17,394 nucleotides of DNA, from contig JBLICC010000019.1 of assembly GCA_047631715.1 (NCBI GenBank), positions 1-17,394 on the forward strand, in the 5' to 3' direction. The position numbers and the translations under genes were made by a program. The notes under the pieces were generated by a model that saw only the letters and a program-made list of their open reading frames with translations, did not search any database and had not been told where the DNA came from. The stretch comes from Alteromonas naphthalenivorans. Its GTDB lineage: Bacteria > Babelota > Babeliae > Babelales > CAIQNR01. This document shows, in pieces, positions 1-9,024 of this stretch. Positions within the stretch are counted from its first letter, which is position 1; every line of letters begins with the position of its first letter.

Positions 1-138
1 TTCTTTATAGTTATCATCACTTGAATCGGCAATTATAATACTAAGGTTAAAAGATTCTTTAATAAAATATTTTAACAATCTTTTTAAATATTGCGGTCTA
101 TTGCGTGTTGGGATAACTATTGTTAATAAAGTTTTCAT
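1..138 (-). CDS. GT2-family (GT-A fold) glycosyltransferase, N-terminal 46 aa only; runs off the window edge
   Basis: Not in the ORF track. Manual translation from the ATG at 138 gives MKTLLTIVIPTRNRPQYLKRLLKYFIKESFNLSIIIADSSDDNYKE with no stop. This has the GT2 N-terminal pattern (T-I-V-I-P-T-x-N-R ... I-I-I-A-D-S-S). Only 2 nt separate it from the wzt stop. Confidence 0.85.
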   Translation of the reverse strand, partial: MKTLLTIVIPTRNRPQYLKRLLKYFIKESFNLSIIIADSSDDNYKE

Positions 139-140
139 TT

Positions 141-1385
141 TCATATTTGTTTTTCTTCCCATTTTAACAAAGGCCTTATAGCTGAAGGCAACCAATTACC
201 AACCCAATTACCTCGTGCTCCCAATCCTTGTTGATGATCTACCATCTTAAAAGAAAGAATATATTCTAAAACAACATGGGATTTTTTCTGAGGAGTCATA
301 ATATGAAGAGATATAAAATAATCGCCTTCATTGAGAATATGTGAGGGAATACAACAAATACTTGTATAGCTTCCCTTTTTTCTAATTTTATTAAAAATTA
401 ATGGGCTAGAAGTATCAATTGAAGCAAAAACAAGATTTCCTTGATCATCAAACAATTCAATTAAAAAACACAACTCTGTTATTTGTTTTTTAATAGTATG
501 ATCTATCTCAATACTAATTGGATCACTTATATCAAAAACATTATTACTCAATTGATTGTTGATAGAAATTTTATGCAAGCAGACTATGTCATCTTGAGGA
601 GCCGCGTCTTTATTCCATTCTTTTTGAGTAATATATTCTTGATTATTCATTAAATAATTACTGATAACTTCTCCTGGCCTTCCTATCTGCTTTACTTCTC
701 CTTTTTCTAAAAACAATACTTTATTGCATAATTTTTTTACTACAGGAAGATTATGAGAAACAAACAAAATAGTCCTACCCTTCTTTTGTAAGGACCCCAT
801 TAAGCTTAAACATTTTTTTTGAAATTCAGCATCTCCAACAGCTAATACTTCATCAACGATGAGAATCTCAGAATTAAGATATGCGGCAACAGAAAATGCC
901 AACCGCAGCGTCATACCCGAAGAATATTTTTTAACCGGCATATCAAGAAATTTCTCCACTCCTGCAAATGCAACAATTTCATCAAAATATTTATTAATTT
1001 CCCAACGCTTCATACCAAGAATAATACCACTCATAAATATATTTTCGCGTCCCGTAAGCTCTGCATGAAAGCCTGTACCCACTTCTAATAAACTTGCAAC
1101 TCGTCCTCTAATAGTAATTTTACCTAATGTAGGTGCTGTAATTTTACTTAAAATTTTTAAAAGCGTACTTTTTCCCGATCCATTTTTACCAATGATTCCA
1201 AAAACCTCACCCTGATTTACCTCAAATGAAACATCTTTAAGAGCATAAAATGGTTCTTGCTTTAGACTTTTTTTAAAAAGCGACTGTATCTGCTCTGTAA
1301 GCATTTCTCTAAAATTTATACTCTGATCTTGAGCAGTTGCTACTGAATATACTTTAGAAAGATTTTCAACTGTAATTGCTTTCAT
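141..1385 (-). CDS. wzt: Polysaccharide ABC exporter ATP-binding subunit (Wzt/TagH family) with C-terminal Wzt_C-like domain
   Basis: Walker A GKNGSGKST; family motif LLEVGTGFHAELTGRENI; signature YSSGM; Walker B ILIVDEVLAVGD; H-loop FVSH. An extra ~165 aa follow the ATPase domain. Confidence 0.95.
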   Translation of the reverse strand: MKAITVENLSKVYSVATAQDQSINFREMLTEQIQSLFKKSLKQEPFYALKDVSFEVNQGEVFGIIGKNGSGKSTLLKILSKITAPTLGKITIRGRVASLLEVGTGFHAELTGRENIFMSGIILGMKRWEINKYFDEIVAFAGVEKFLDMPVKKYSSGMTLRLAFSVAAYLNSEILIVDEVLAVGDAEFQKKCLSLMGSLQKKGRTILFVSHNLPVVKKLCNKVLFLEKGEVKQIGRPGEVISNYLMNNQEYITQKEWNKDAAPQDDIVCLHKISINNQLSNNVFDISDPISIEIDHTIKKQITELCFLIELFDDQGNLVFASIDTSSPLIFNKIRKKGSYTSICCIPSHILNEGDYFISLHIMTPQKKSHVVLEYILSFKMVDHQQGLGARGNWVGNWLPSAIRPLLKWEEKQI

Positions 1386-1393
1386 CTAAACTC

Positions 1394-2209
1394 CTATAAT
1401 GCATCCGCAAAGGTATCTTGTGCTATTTTAAAATACCAAAGACTTATTATGCTAAATATAATAGTCACACCAAGTGAAACTAACATCACCTCTATATGCA
1501 GTGGCTCTCCTAAAAGGGTCCATCTAAATCCATTTATAATACCGACCAATGGATTTAAACCTAAAAACAATACTAATGATTTAGGAACCATCGAAAGACT
1601 AAAACCCACAGAAGTACAATATAGACCTAGTTGAGTTACAAAAGGCACAATATGCCTAAAGTCTCTATAACGAACAATTAAAGAAGCGAATAATAAACTA
1701 ATACTTAAAGAAACTAATACCAACCACCCAAAAAATAATGGAAATAAGATTATTTGTTTTGGTGGAATAAACTGATACCGAACCAAAGATAAAATTAAAT
1801 AAAAAATAAAAGAAACTATAAAGTCTACGGAGCTGCACAAAATCCTACTTGCAGGCAAAATTATTCTTGGAAAATAGACTTTTGAAACAAGCTGTTCATT
1901 AGATAAAAAACTATTACTTGCGTAGGTCAACATATCTACAAAAAATTGCCATGCTAACATTGCAGAAAATACAATTAATGGATAAGGAGCAATAGAGGAT
2001 TCTATACCCGCAATTCGACTAAAAATTATAGTAAAAATCGCAACGGTTAAAAGGGGCCTAAGAACTACCCACGCGATACCAATAACAGTTTGCTTATAAT
2101 GAACCAAAACATCTCGCCACCCTAAAAATAAAAATATATCTCTATAGTCCCATAATTCTGTAAATAATTCTTTCCACGTATACCTAGGAGTAATTACTCT
2201 ATACTTCAT
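1394..2209 (-). CDS. wzm: Polysaccharide ABC exporter permease (Wzm/TagG family)
   Basis: Motifs RDVLVHYKQTVIGIAWVVLRPL, LVSKVYFPR, YRDFRHIVPF and LNPLVGIINGFRW; about 6 hydrophobic segments; adjacent to wzt. Confidence 0.95.
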   Translation of the reverse strand: MKYRVITPRYTWKELFTELWDYRDIFLFLGWRDVLVHYKQTVIGIAWVVLRPLLTVAIFTIIFSRIAGIESSIAPYPLIVFSAMLAWQFFVDMLTYASNSFLSNEQLVSKVYFPRIILPASRILCSSVDFIVSFIFYLILSLVRYQFIPPKQIILFPLFFGWLVLVSLSISLLFASLIVRYRDFRHIVPFVTQLGLYCTSVGFSLSMVPKSLVLFLGLNPLVGIINGFRWTLLGEPLHIEVMLVSLGVTIIFSIISLWYFKIAQDTFADAL

Positions 2210-2211
2210 AC

Positions 2212-3225
2212 TTATGCCTTTATACAGTTTAAAATCATGCTTATTTTTGGGAAGAAATCTTTTTCATTTTTAAAAATATGAGCATTCTTATGCCTTACAC
2301 AAACATCACTTGCTAGTGCAGGAATGCCACAATCGATTGCTTCTGCTATGGATATACCATAACTATCACTTCTTGTCGGGCGAATAAATAAATCTATATG
2401 AAAGAATAAAGGCCAAAGAGCATGATCACCATGCAAAAAATAAACATTCTCTTCAAGATTATTTTCTTTAATAATATGCTGTATTACTTGGTAGTAATCA
2501 CTCGCCTTATCATCCCCTACTGCACAAACAAGACCTACTTTTGAATATTTTTCCCTCAAACCAATCATAGCTTTTATAGCAAGATCCACCCCATACAAAT
2601 CTTCTCCGTTAAGCAAAGTAAATTTATAAACAGACATTGCCAGCACAGGAGAATGAGATTTAACAAACTGATGCAATAATTTTGGATACTTAAGCCATTC
2701 ATTATCTTTATTATCAATATTAGGAGGGCTGTAAGAGGATTCTATAGAAAATGATTTTGGAATATACATATTATTACTTATATAACTTTTATATGTAATC
2801 TCTCCTATAAAAACAATCTGGGCAACTTGTTTTAACAAATTATTATAAATAGCCTTGAAGTTGCTATCTCTATCAAATAAATAACGACAATCATGATCAA
2901 TAATGATCAATTTAAATTTAAACAAACTCTGTAAATAACGTAGTGTATGCAGCTCATAATAATCATTGCCATCCGGCGTATGGTAATAAACAATGTCAGG
3001 CCAATGACTAGTAACAAAAAAAAATAATCTTACTAAATAACGAGTGTAAGAAGTATAAATTTGTGTAGAATCAAAAACAAAAATTTTATTCTTTTGTTTT
3101 TTAAAAATATCTATAACTCTTTGTATATGCACAGAAACTCCCCCATACGGCAAAGGAGTTGGCCCTAAAACAACTATTTTTTTATTAAAAACACCATTAG
3201 AATAACTATGCTTTAAGTCTTGCAT
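2212..3225 (-). CDS. GT4-family (GT-B fold) glycosyltransferase
   Basis: N-terminal GPTPLPYGGVSVHIQR. C-terminal DLFIRPTRSDSYGISIAEAIDCGIPALASD carries the (D/E)x7E motif of retaining GT-B enzymes. Confidence 0.88.
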   Translation of the reverse strand: MQDLKHSYSNGVFNKKIVVLGPTPLPYGGVSVHIQRVIDIFKKQKNKIFVFDSTQIYTSYTRYLVRLFFFVTSHWPDIVYYHTPDGNDYYELHTLRYLQSLFKFKLIIIDHDCRYLFDRDSNFKAIYNNLLKQVAQIVFIGEITYKSYISNNMYIPKSFSIESSYSPPNIDNKDNEWLKYPKLLHQFVKSHSPVLAMSVYKFTLLNGEDLYGVDLAIKAMIGLREKYSKVGLVCAVGDDKASDYYQVIQHIIKENNLEENVYFLHGDHALWPLFFHIDLFIRPTRSDSYGISIAEAIDCGIPALASDVCVRHKNAHIFKNEKDFFPKISMILNCIKA

Positions 3226-4059
3226 TTACTTACTTTTCTTAGCTTCAACACACAAATACCATCCCCAATATTTTGCTAATACATTTAAAAATGATTGAGG
3301 AATATATGTATAAAATTTCCAAATAAATCTAACTGAAGGCAAATCTTCATGAGTAAGTTTTTTTACCAATACATTTTTTACCGTAAAGCCATTTTGCTCT
3401 AAAAGAGATGTTATACTTTTTTTTGTATAAACCTTTACATAAGGATTACTATCGCTCTTGGTAAATTCAATTTGAGCAAGGCGTGTATCAAAAGACTCTT
3501 TTAAAAAACCCATACACATAACATGATCCCACCACCATAGGTGCAACCAATAAAAAATAGAATTTTTATTGTAAACAGCTAATTTAAATACTCCATCATC
3601 AGCTAAATTAACTTTTATTTTTTGCAATACAACATCGATATTGGGAATATGATGCAATACACCAAATGAATAAATAAGGTCAAACTTTTTGTCGAATGCT
3701 AATTTTTCAGCATCTATCTCTAAAACCGTAGCTTTTAAATTATATAGCTTGAGGTGTTTCTTAGTGCGATCAATGTTCTCAGAGACAATATCTATACCTG
3801 TGTAATCGGCACCGTACTTACAAAACATATACGCATCATACCCAGCACCGCATCCAATTTCTAAAACCCGCTTACCTTTCCAATCTTGATACTGAACAAA
3901 CTCAGGTAAAAAATCGTGCTCTTTGCCAAAACGCTCTTTTAATACTTTTTCAAAAAATGCTTTTGTTCCTGGATTTTCTTCTTTTGCATGAGTCCATCCT
4001 GCAGGATTTGCTCCCCATACGTTTTTGGTTGCCTCTTTAATATCAGATTGTTGCTTCAT
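3226..4059 (-). CDS. Class I SAM-dependent methyltransferase
   Basis: Motif I RVLEIGCGAG, acidic YTGID, motif II DAEKLAFDKKFDLIYSFGVLHH. Confidence 0.92.
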   Translation of the reverse strand: MKQQSDIKEATKNVWGANPAGWTHAKEENPGTKAFFEKVLKERFGKEHDFLPEFVQYQDWKGKRVLEIGCGAGYDAYMFCKYGADYTGIDIVSENIDRTKKHLKLYNLKATVLEIDAEKLAFDKKFDLIYSFGVLHHIPNIDVVLQKIKVNLADDGVFKLAVYNKNSIFYWLHLWWWDHVMCMGFLKESFDTRLAQIEFTKSDSNPYVKVYTKKSITSLLEQNGFTVKNVLVKKLTHEDLPSVRFIWKFYTYIPQSFLNVLAKYWGWYLCVEAKKSK

Positions 4060-4684
4060 ACTCTCTAACCTTTTTTGTTACTACCTCTGGACAATATTTT
4101 TGAGCATCTACTCCGTTGGGATTAACTAAGATTTTATATTCTAAAACACCTTGCTCTAATAACTCATCTTTGAGCGCTTGAGATACCACTACTAACGTAT
4201 CGGCATTTTGAATATTTATCTGCTCTACTTTATTCATTAACCACTCAAATGTTAGCCACCGTTTTTTTGTTATCCAGTGAGTTGCTATCCATACTTCTGA
4301 GCCATTATACTCTAAAATAAGCTTTTTTTTATATGCCCATTTTAGCAATACACCAGTTATGTTCAATAAACTATAGCGCTGGTAAATAAAAAGTACATCA
4401 TGATTTTTTAATAACTTTTTAACCTGAAAAAAGAAGAACACTGAAGACAAAAAACAATTAATTTTCCAACGTAAAAAGCTTGCCCTTGCAGGATTTGAAA
4501 GCTTTACAAACTGTTTTAACTTTTGTTTTTTAAGCAAACTTTGCATGCATGACGAAGCGCATAAAACTTCGTGCCCAAGGTCACAAAAGCCCTGAATAAC
4601 ACCAAGGGTGTGTGCTACTGATCCTCCAGCTGTAAGCTCTTGATCACAGATATCGGTCCGTAAATATAAAATTGTTTTTTTCAC
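4043..4684 (-). CDS. GT4 glycosyltransferase, N-terminal domain only (truncated or stand-alone); GTG start
   Basis: Motifs AGGSVAHTLGV, FIYQRYSL, LILEYNGSEVW, ADTLVVVSQALKDEL and KILVNPNGVD match a GT4 N-terminal domain. The protein stops about 20 aa after PNGVD, with no nucleotide-sugar-binding C-terminal domain. Confidence 0.8.
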   Translation of the reverse strand: MKKTILYLRTDICDQELTAGGSVAHTLGVIQGFCDLGHEVLCASSCMQSLLKKQKLKQFVKLSNPARASFLRWKINCFLSSVFFFFQVKKLLKNHDVLFIYQRYSLLNITGVLLKWAYKKKLILEYNGSEVWIATHWITKKRWLTFEWLMNKVEQINIQNADTLVVVSQALKDELLEQGVLEYKILVNPNGVDAQKYCPEVVTKKVREYEATI

Positions 4685-6637
4685 CTAAAAAACCTGCGTT
4701 GCCATAACGTTTTGCAATACCCATAAATGCACAGAATAGTCGCGGTCACTTCGTTGAGTATCTTTTAGTAGTCGATTTATTTCTTGTGCTCCAAAGACTG
4801 CATTTATAGTTTGCTTTTTAGTTGCAAGCATGTCATTAAAATACGGCTTAAAGTATTTACCTGATTTAAACCATCGACTAATAGGAGCCGCAAAGCCCAT
4901 CTTTTTTCTATAGATAACATCGTCTGGCAAAATGCCTTCTGCTGATTTTTTTAAAATATATTTGGTCATTTTATTATTGTATTTAAACTTAGTTGGCACT
5001 TGCAGTGCAAACTCTACATGCTTATGATCTAAAAATGGCACTCGTGCCTCTACCGATGTTGCCATAGTCATCTTATCTACCCGCATAAGTAATAATTCTG
5101 GCAGCCGTTGCTTGAGCTCTAAATAGATCATAGACTTTAAAAAATCTGCTGATGGGTCAAGCGAGTATAGTTTTTTAAGATGATAATCGACAATGGCATA
5201 ACTATCTAAGCTTTGATCGATCCCTGGATAAATTTTTTCTAATACCGGATCAAAATCATCTTGTGGCGCAGGCATAATCGATCGCTTCCAGTCTTCTGAA
5301 AATGCTAATGCCCCACTCCAAAACAGATGCTTACCGGATGCCCACTGCTCTAGTAGCGCTAGATGATACTTTTTTGATGGAAATGCTTTTGCCGCTAACC
5401 ACGTACCCGACTTTTTAATTACTTGCGGAATGTATTGCGCTGGTTGATAGTATGTGCGATACGCTTCTAGATAGTTAGCATAATTTTGATAGCCACAATA
5501 AAGCTCGTCTGCCCCTTCTCCTACCTGCACAACCGTGGTGCCCGAATCTTTGAGTAGCTTTGAAACGTAATAAAGCGGCACACAAACGCAGTCGGCAATG
5601 GGTTCATCTTGATGGTGGACCATAGTTTCGAAAAACTCGAATGCCTCTTTTTCTGAAATAGAAATTTCGTGATGCTCGGTATTAAATTTTTTAGAAACTT
5701 TACGAGCCCACTCAACTTCTGCGTACTCAGGCCCGTCGGAAAACGCTACGTTAAATGTTTTAACTCGATCGGTAAATTGCGACATTAATGCTACATTTAA
5801 GCTTGAATCAACACCACCAGATAAAAAAACACCAAATGGAACATCCGCCATCATTCGTTTTTGAATCGAACTCGTAAGCTGGTTTCTGATTTGATCTACG
5901 CAAAACTGTTCGTTATTTAAATCTTTTTGATCGTAACGAATTTCTGGAACCAACGGATTGTACCACTCATGAAACGTTATCTCTCGTTTTGAGTCTACTT
6001 TTGCATAATAACCAGAGGGCATTTTATACACACCTTGATATAAAGTGAGAGGTGCCGGCGCTACCATGTAAGTTAAATAATGGTAGAGGCCACGCTGATT
6101 AAGTTTCTGTTTTAACCAGGGTAGCTTCCACAAGGCTTTAATTTCTGAGGCAAAACTTATGTGGTTACCATTGAGAGAAAAATAGAGCGGCTTGATGCCA
6201 ATACGGTCGCGAATTAAATACCACTCATTTTTTTTTAAATCTCCCAAAACTCCGGCAAACATACCTTCAAGTTTTTGTAGACAGTCGATTCCCCATTGCT
6301 TAAATGCATACAAAAATACTTCTGTATCGGTATTTGATGCAAACACATGCCCATAAGATTCAAGCTCTTTACGTAGTGCTTTGTAATTATAAATTTCACC
6401 ATTAAAACAGATAACTACTGATCTGTCGGCATCAAACATAGGTTGTGCGCCAGCCTTTGAAAGATCGATAATACTTAAACGTCGATGAACCAGAGCAGCT
6501 TCTAATTTATGAGAACTCCAAACGTCATATCCATTTGGGCCACGATGCTCAATACTTTTATGTAATTGCTCAAGCAATACTTTGTCTGCGGTAAAAATTC
6601 CTGGCTTGGTTGAAAAATAACCTGCAAATCCACACAT
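4685..6637 (-). CDS. asnB: AsnB-family glutamine-hydrolysing amidotransferase, probably glycan-amidating given its context
   Basis: N-terminal nucleophile Cys (MCGFAG), HRRLSIIDLS, FNGEIYNY, RDRIGIKPLY, FLSGGVDSS (ATP pyrophosphatase loop), GEGADEL, SVEARVPFLD. Shine-Dalgarno-like GGGAG at 6642-6646. Confidence 0.93.
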   Translation of the reverse strand: MCGFAGYFSTKPGIFTADKVLLEQLHKSIEHRGPNGYDVWSSHKLEAALVHRRLSIIDLSKAGAQPMFDADRSVVICFNGEIYNYKALRKELESYGHVFASNTDTEVFLYAFKQWGIDCLQKLEGMFAGVLGDLKKNEWYLIRDRIGIKPLYFSLNGNHISFASEIKALWKLPWLKQKLNQRGLYHYLTYMVAPAPLTLYQGVYKMPSGYYAKVDSKREITFHEWYNPLVPEIRYDQKDLNNEQFCVDQIRNQLTSSIQKRMMADVPFGVFLSGGVDSSLNVALMSQFTDRVKTFNVAFSDGPEYAEVEWARKVSKKFNTEHHEISISEKEAFEFFETMVHHQDEPIADCVCVPLYYVSKLLKDSGTTVVQVGEGADELYCGYQNYANYLEAYRTYYQPAQYIPQVIKKSGTWLAAKAFPSKKYHLALLEQWASGKHLFWSGALAFSEDWKRSIMPAPQDDFDPVLEKIYPGIDQSLDSYAIVDYHLKKLYSLDPSADFLKSMIYLELKQRLPELLLMRVDKMTMATSVEARVPFLDHKHVEFALQVPTKFKYNNKMTKYILKKSAEGILPDDVIYRKKMGFAAPISRWFKSGKYFKPYFNDMLATKKQTINAVFGAQEINRLLKDTQRSDRDYSVHLWVLQNVMATQVF

Positions 6638-6646
6638 AACGCTCCC

Positions 6647-7669
6647 TTACAAATAATCTTCCTGATGATCTTTTTTTAAAACATCAATTACTCGTTTAAC
6701 TTTTTCTACCTGATCTCTATGAACAACAAGCAAAATATCATCTTTTTGGACCACACATATATTTTCTACCCCCACAAGCGCAACCATAAAATCAGATACT
6801 TCAACTAAATTATCTTTAGCATCTATCTCTATAATCGTATGCTCTTTTTCTTGTTCACCTCGAAGTGATAGAAACGTATCGAGGTTTCCTACATCGCACC
6901 ATACAAAATCTGCAGGCAACACCGCTCGCTTAATGGTTTTTTCTATAACTGCATAATCGATAGACAAAGATGGCACGGCACCATAATCACCAGACCCATG
7001 TACAAAATGAGCAACTGGATCAAAAACCTCGGGAGCCACTTCTTGGCAAATAGTTAAAAATGCTTTTACGTTAACAACAAACATGCCACTATTCCATAAA
7101 TAATCTTTTTTAAGATACTCCTGGGCTAAATTAAGATCTGGTTTTTCATGAAACGCATGAACCGGTGCTGGAAATGGTGCTGAATGATCATAAGAAATAT
7201 AACCATACCCCGTTGCCGGATACGATGGCTTGAGCCCGATCATAGTAATAACATCGTTAGTCGCAGCAAAATCAAGTGCATGGCTCATGAATTCTAAAAA
7301 TTTTTCTGATTGAGGAATATAATGATCTGCCGGCAAGAACATAAGAGTTGCATCTGGGTCTCGCTCTTCTACCATCAATGCAGCAAGCATCATGGCTCCT
7401 GCAGTATTGCGCGCTTCTGGCTCTACCAAAATATGCGGGACAAGTGCTTCTATATTTTTTCCAATAGCTTCTTCGTGTTCTTGGGTTGTCATAACCCAGC
7501 GATTTTCAAATGGGATAAGAGGCACAATTCTTTCGACTGTTTGCTCTAAAAGAGACTTGTGTTTAATAAAAGGTAAAAGCTGTTTTGGTCGATTTTTTCT
7601 ACTCAATGGCCATAATCTATCTCCATTACCACCTGCAAGAACTATTGCATGAATTTGACGCTTAATCAT
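6647..7669 (-). CDS. manC: Mannose-1-phosphate guanylyltransferase (monofunctional; no C-terminal isomerase cupin domain)
   Basis: LAGGNGDRLWPLSRKNRPKQLL, EPEARNTA, PADHYI, TGYGYI, FHEKP, WNSGMF, SIDYAVIEK, WCDVG; 340 aa. Confidence 0.92.
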   Translation of the reverse strand: MIKRQIHAIVLAGGNGDRLWPLSRKNRPKQLLPFIKHKSLLEQTVERIVPLIPFENRWVMTTQEHEEAIGKNIEALVPHILVEPEARNTAGAMMLAALMVEERDPDATLMFLPADHYIPQSEKFLEFMSHALDFAATNDVITMIGLKPSYPATGYGYISYDHSAPFPAPVHAFHEKPDLNLAQEYLKKDYLWNSGMFVVNVKAFLTICQEVAPEVFDPVAHFVHGSGDYGAVPSLSIDYAVIEKTIKRAVLPADFVWCDVGNLDTFLSLRGEQEKEHTIIEIDAKDNLVEVSDFMVALVGVENICVVQKDDILLVVHRDQVEKVKRVIDVLKKDHQEDYL

Positions 7670-9014
7670 ACGCTCTTCCTTAGATTAAAATAATACGTAG
7701 ACCATGTATCACAAAACGCTCTTATATATTCTTGTATATAAAAAAATCCAAAAACCGCAGAGCATATAAACAGAGGTTCAAAAATTAATCGATAACGTGC
7801 TCCCCCATCAGGAAAGGTTATTAAAGAAAAATAACTCACTATTACAAAACTAAATAAAATCATTACTTCTGTGTTGTTTTTTAATACTACTCTCCAGCCA
7901 AAGAGCATACAAAACCACTGCATCAAACTATACACAATTCCATACACCGTAATTCCTGAGATCAAAATATTTTTGAAAGAGGAAAAAACATAAGACTGCA
8001 TGTCGTAAAAAAAAAAGAAACTGTATTTGGAGTAATAGAAGTAGGATCTAAAAAAATCTTCCATTGAGTAATACAAGGAGCAATCAATGTTTTTACAACA
8101 TTAAGACCAACATGCTTTAATACTAACACCGGATGTTGCAAACAGGTTTGATACAAAAACAAAGCTCCACCCTGCCAATAACGGCTATCGAGCCTTATGT
8201 AATTAGTATTAAAATGTGAATGGATGAGAATACGTAATTTACTCTCAGACCACGACGGATTGATTTGTTTTAAAATTTTACTATGTAAGAAATAATACTG
8301 ACCATACTCAGGTATATAAGAAAGCTTTATATAGCCAAAATGGCTATAATTATACAGTGAGTAAAGCCCTACTGGAACATAAAAACCTACTGCAAAATAT
8401 GTAAAAAAATACAATATATTTTTACGATTTAAAAACCACATGACCAGTAAAAATGGCATACAATATAAAGGAAAATAAAGAGCAGAAGGCTTAAGCCAAA
8501 CAGAAAGACCTAAAAAAAATCCTGCCTGAAGCAGAATCTTTTCTTTAGTAGAATTATAAAACTGCGATAAACGCTCAAAAAACAAAGTGTATAAAAAAAA
8601 CTGCCCGGACTCTACTAATACAAGCTGTGGATAGATTAATAAACCCAAATTAATAATACTCAAAAAATAAGTATATTGAGCAATTTGTGGATCAAATAAT
8701 CGTTTTATAATGTAATACCAAATAACTAAAGATAGTAACATGAGAAAAACTTGGAAAAGTACAATCTTCCAAACCTCATTGCCCCATAGCTTATAACATA
8801 ATCCAAGTACGAATGGATATCCTATGGGATGATTAAGAGGACTTTTTGATACTGATAACAATGTGCCTTTTTCTACAAACCGCATTGCTATTTTATGATA
8901 CCCCATTCCGTCTACAGGTTTATGTGCTCGATCTTCGGGCGATGCATTAAACAATGCAAATGACAATCCTAAATAAAGTAATCCTCCTGCCAACAAAACT
9001 TTCTTTTCATTCAT
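7666..9014 (-). pseudogene. GT-C fold (ArnT/PMT-like) polytopic membrane glycosyltransferase, split by a frameshift at a T10 tract (A10 at 8007-8016 on +)
   Basis: ORF 7962..9014 has an N-terminal TM helix, a loop with D-x3-Y (PVDGMGYHKIA), HPIGYPFVL, LVES, WLKP and many TM helices. ORF 7666..8076 supplies the C-terminal TMs and an ARYRLIFEP motif. A tract of 11 T joins them into one 449-aa ORF. The distal stop overlaps the manC start (ATGA). Confidence 0.78.
8007..8016. repeat. A10/T10 homopolymer at the frameshift junction
   Basis: Direct read of the + strand: tgtcgt-AAAAAAAAAA-gaaactg. Confidence 0.95.
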
Positions 9015-9024
9015 TACTACCTTT

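Noticed and set aside
3226..4060. Frameshifted C-terminal half of the truncated GT4
   Set aside because: This space is fully occupied by an intact methyltransferase, and the ORF track shows no alternative long frame.
7666..8076. 136-aa ORF as an independent gene
   Set aside because: Its first ~22 codons overlap the upstream ORF out of frame and the remainder completes the GT-C protein; better explained as the distal half of a frameshifted gene.
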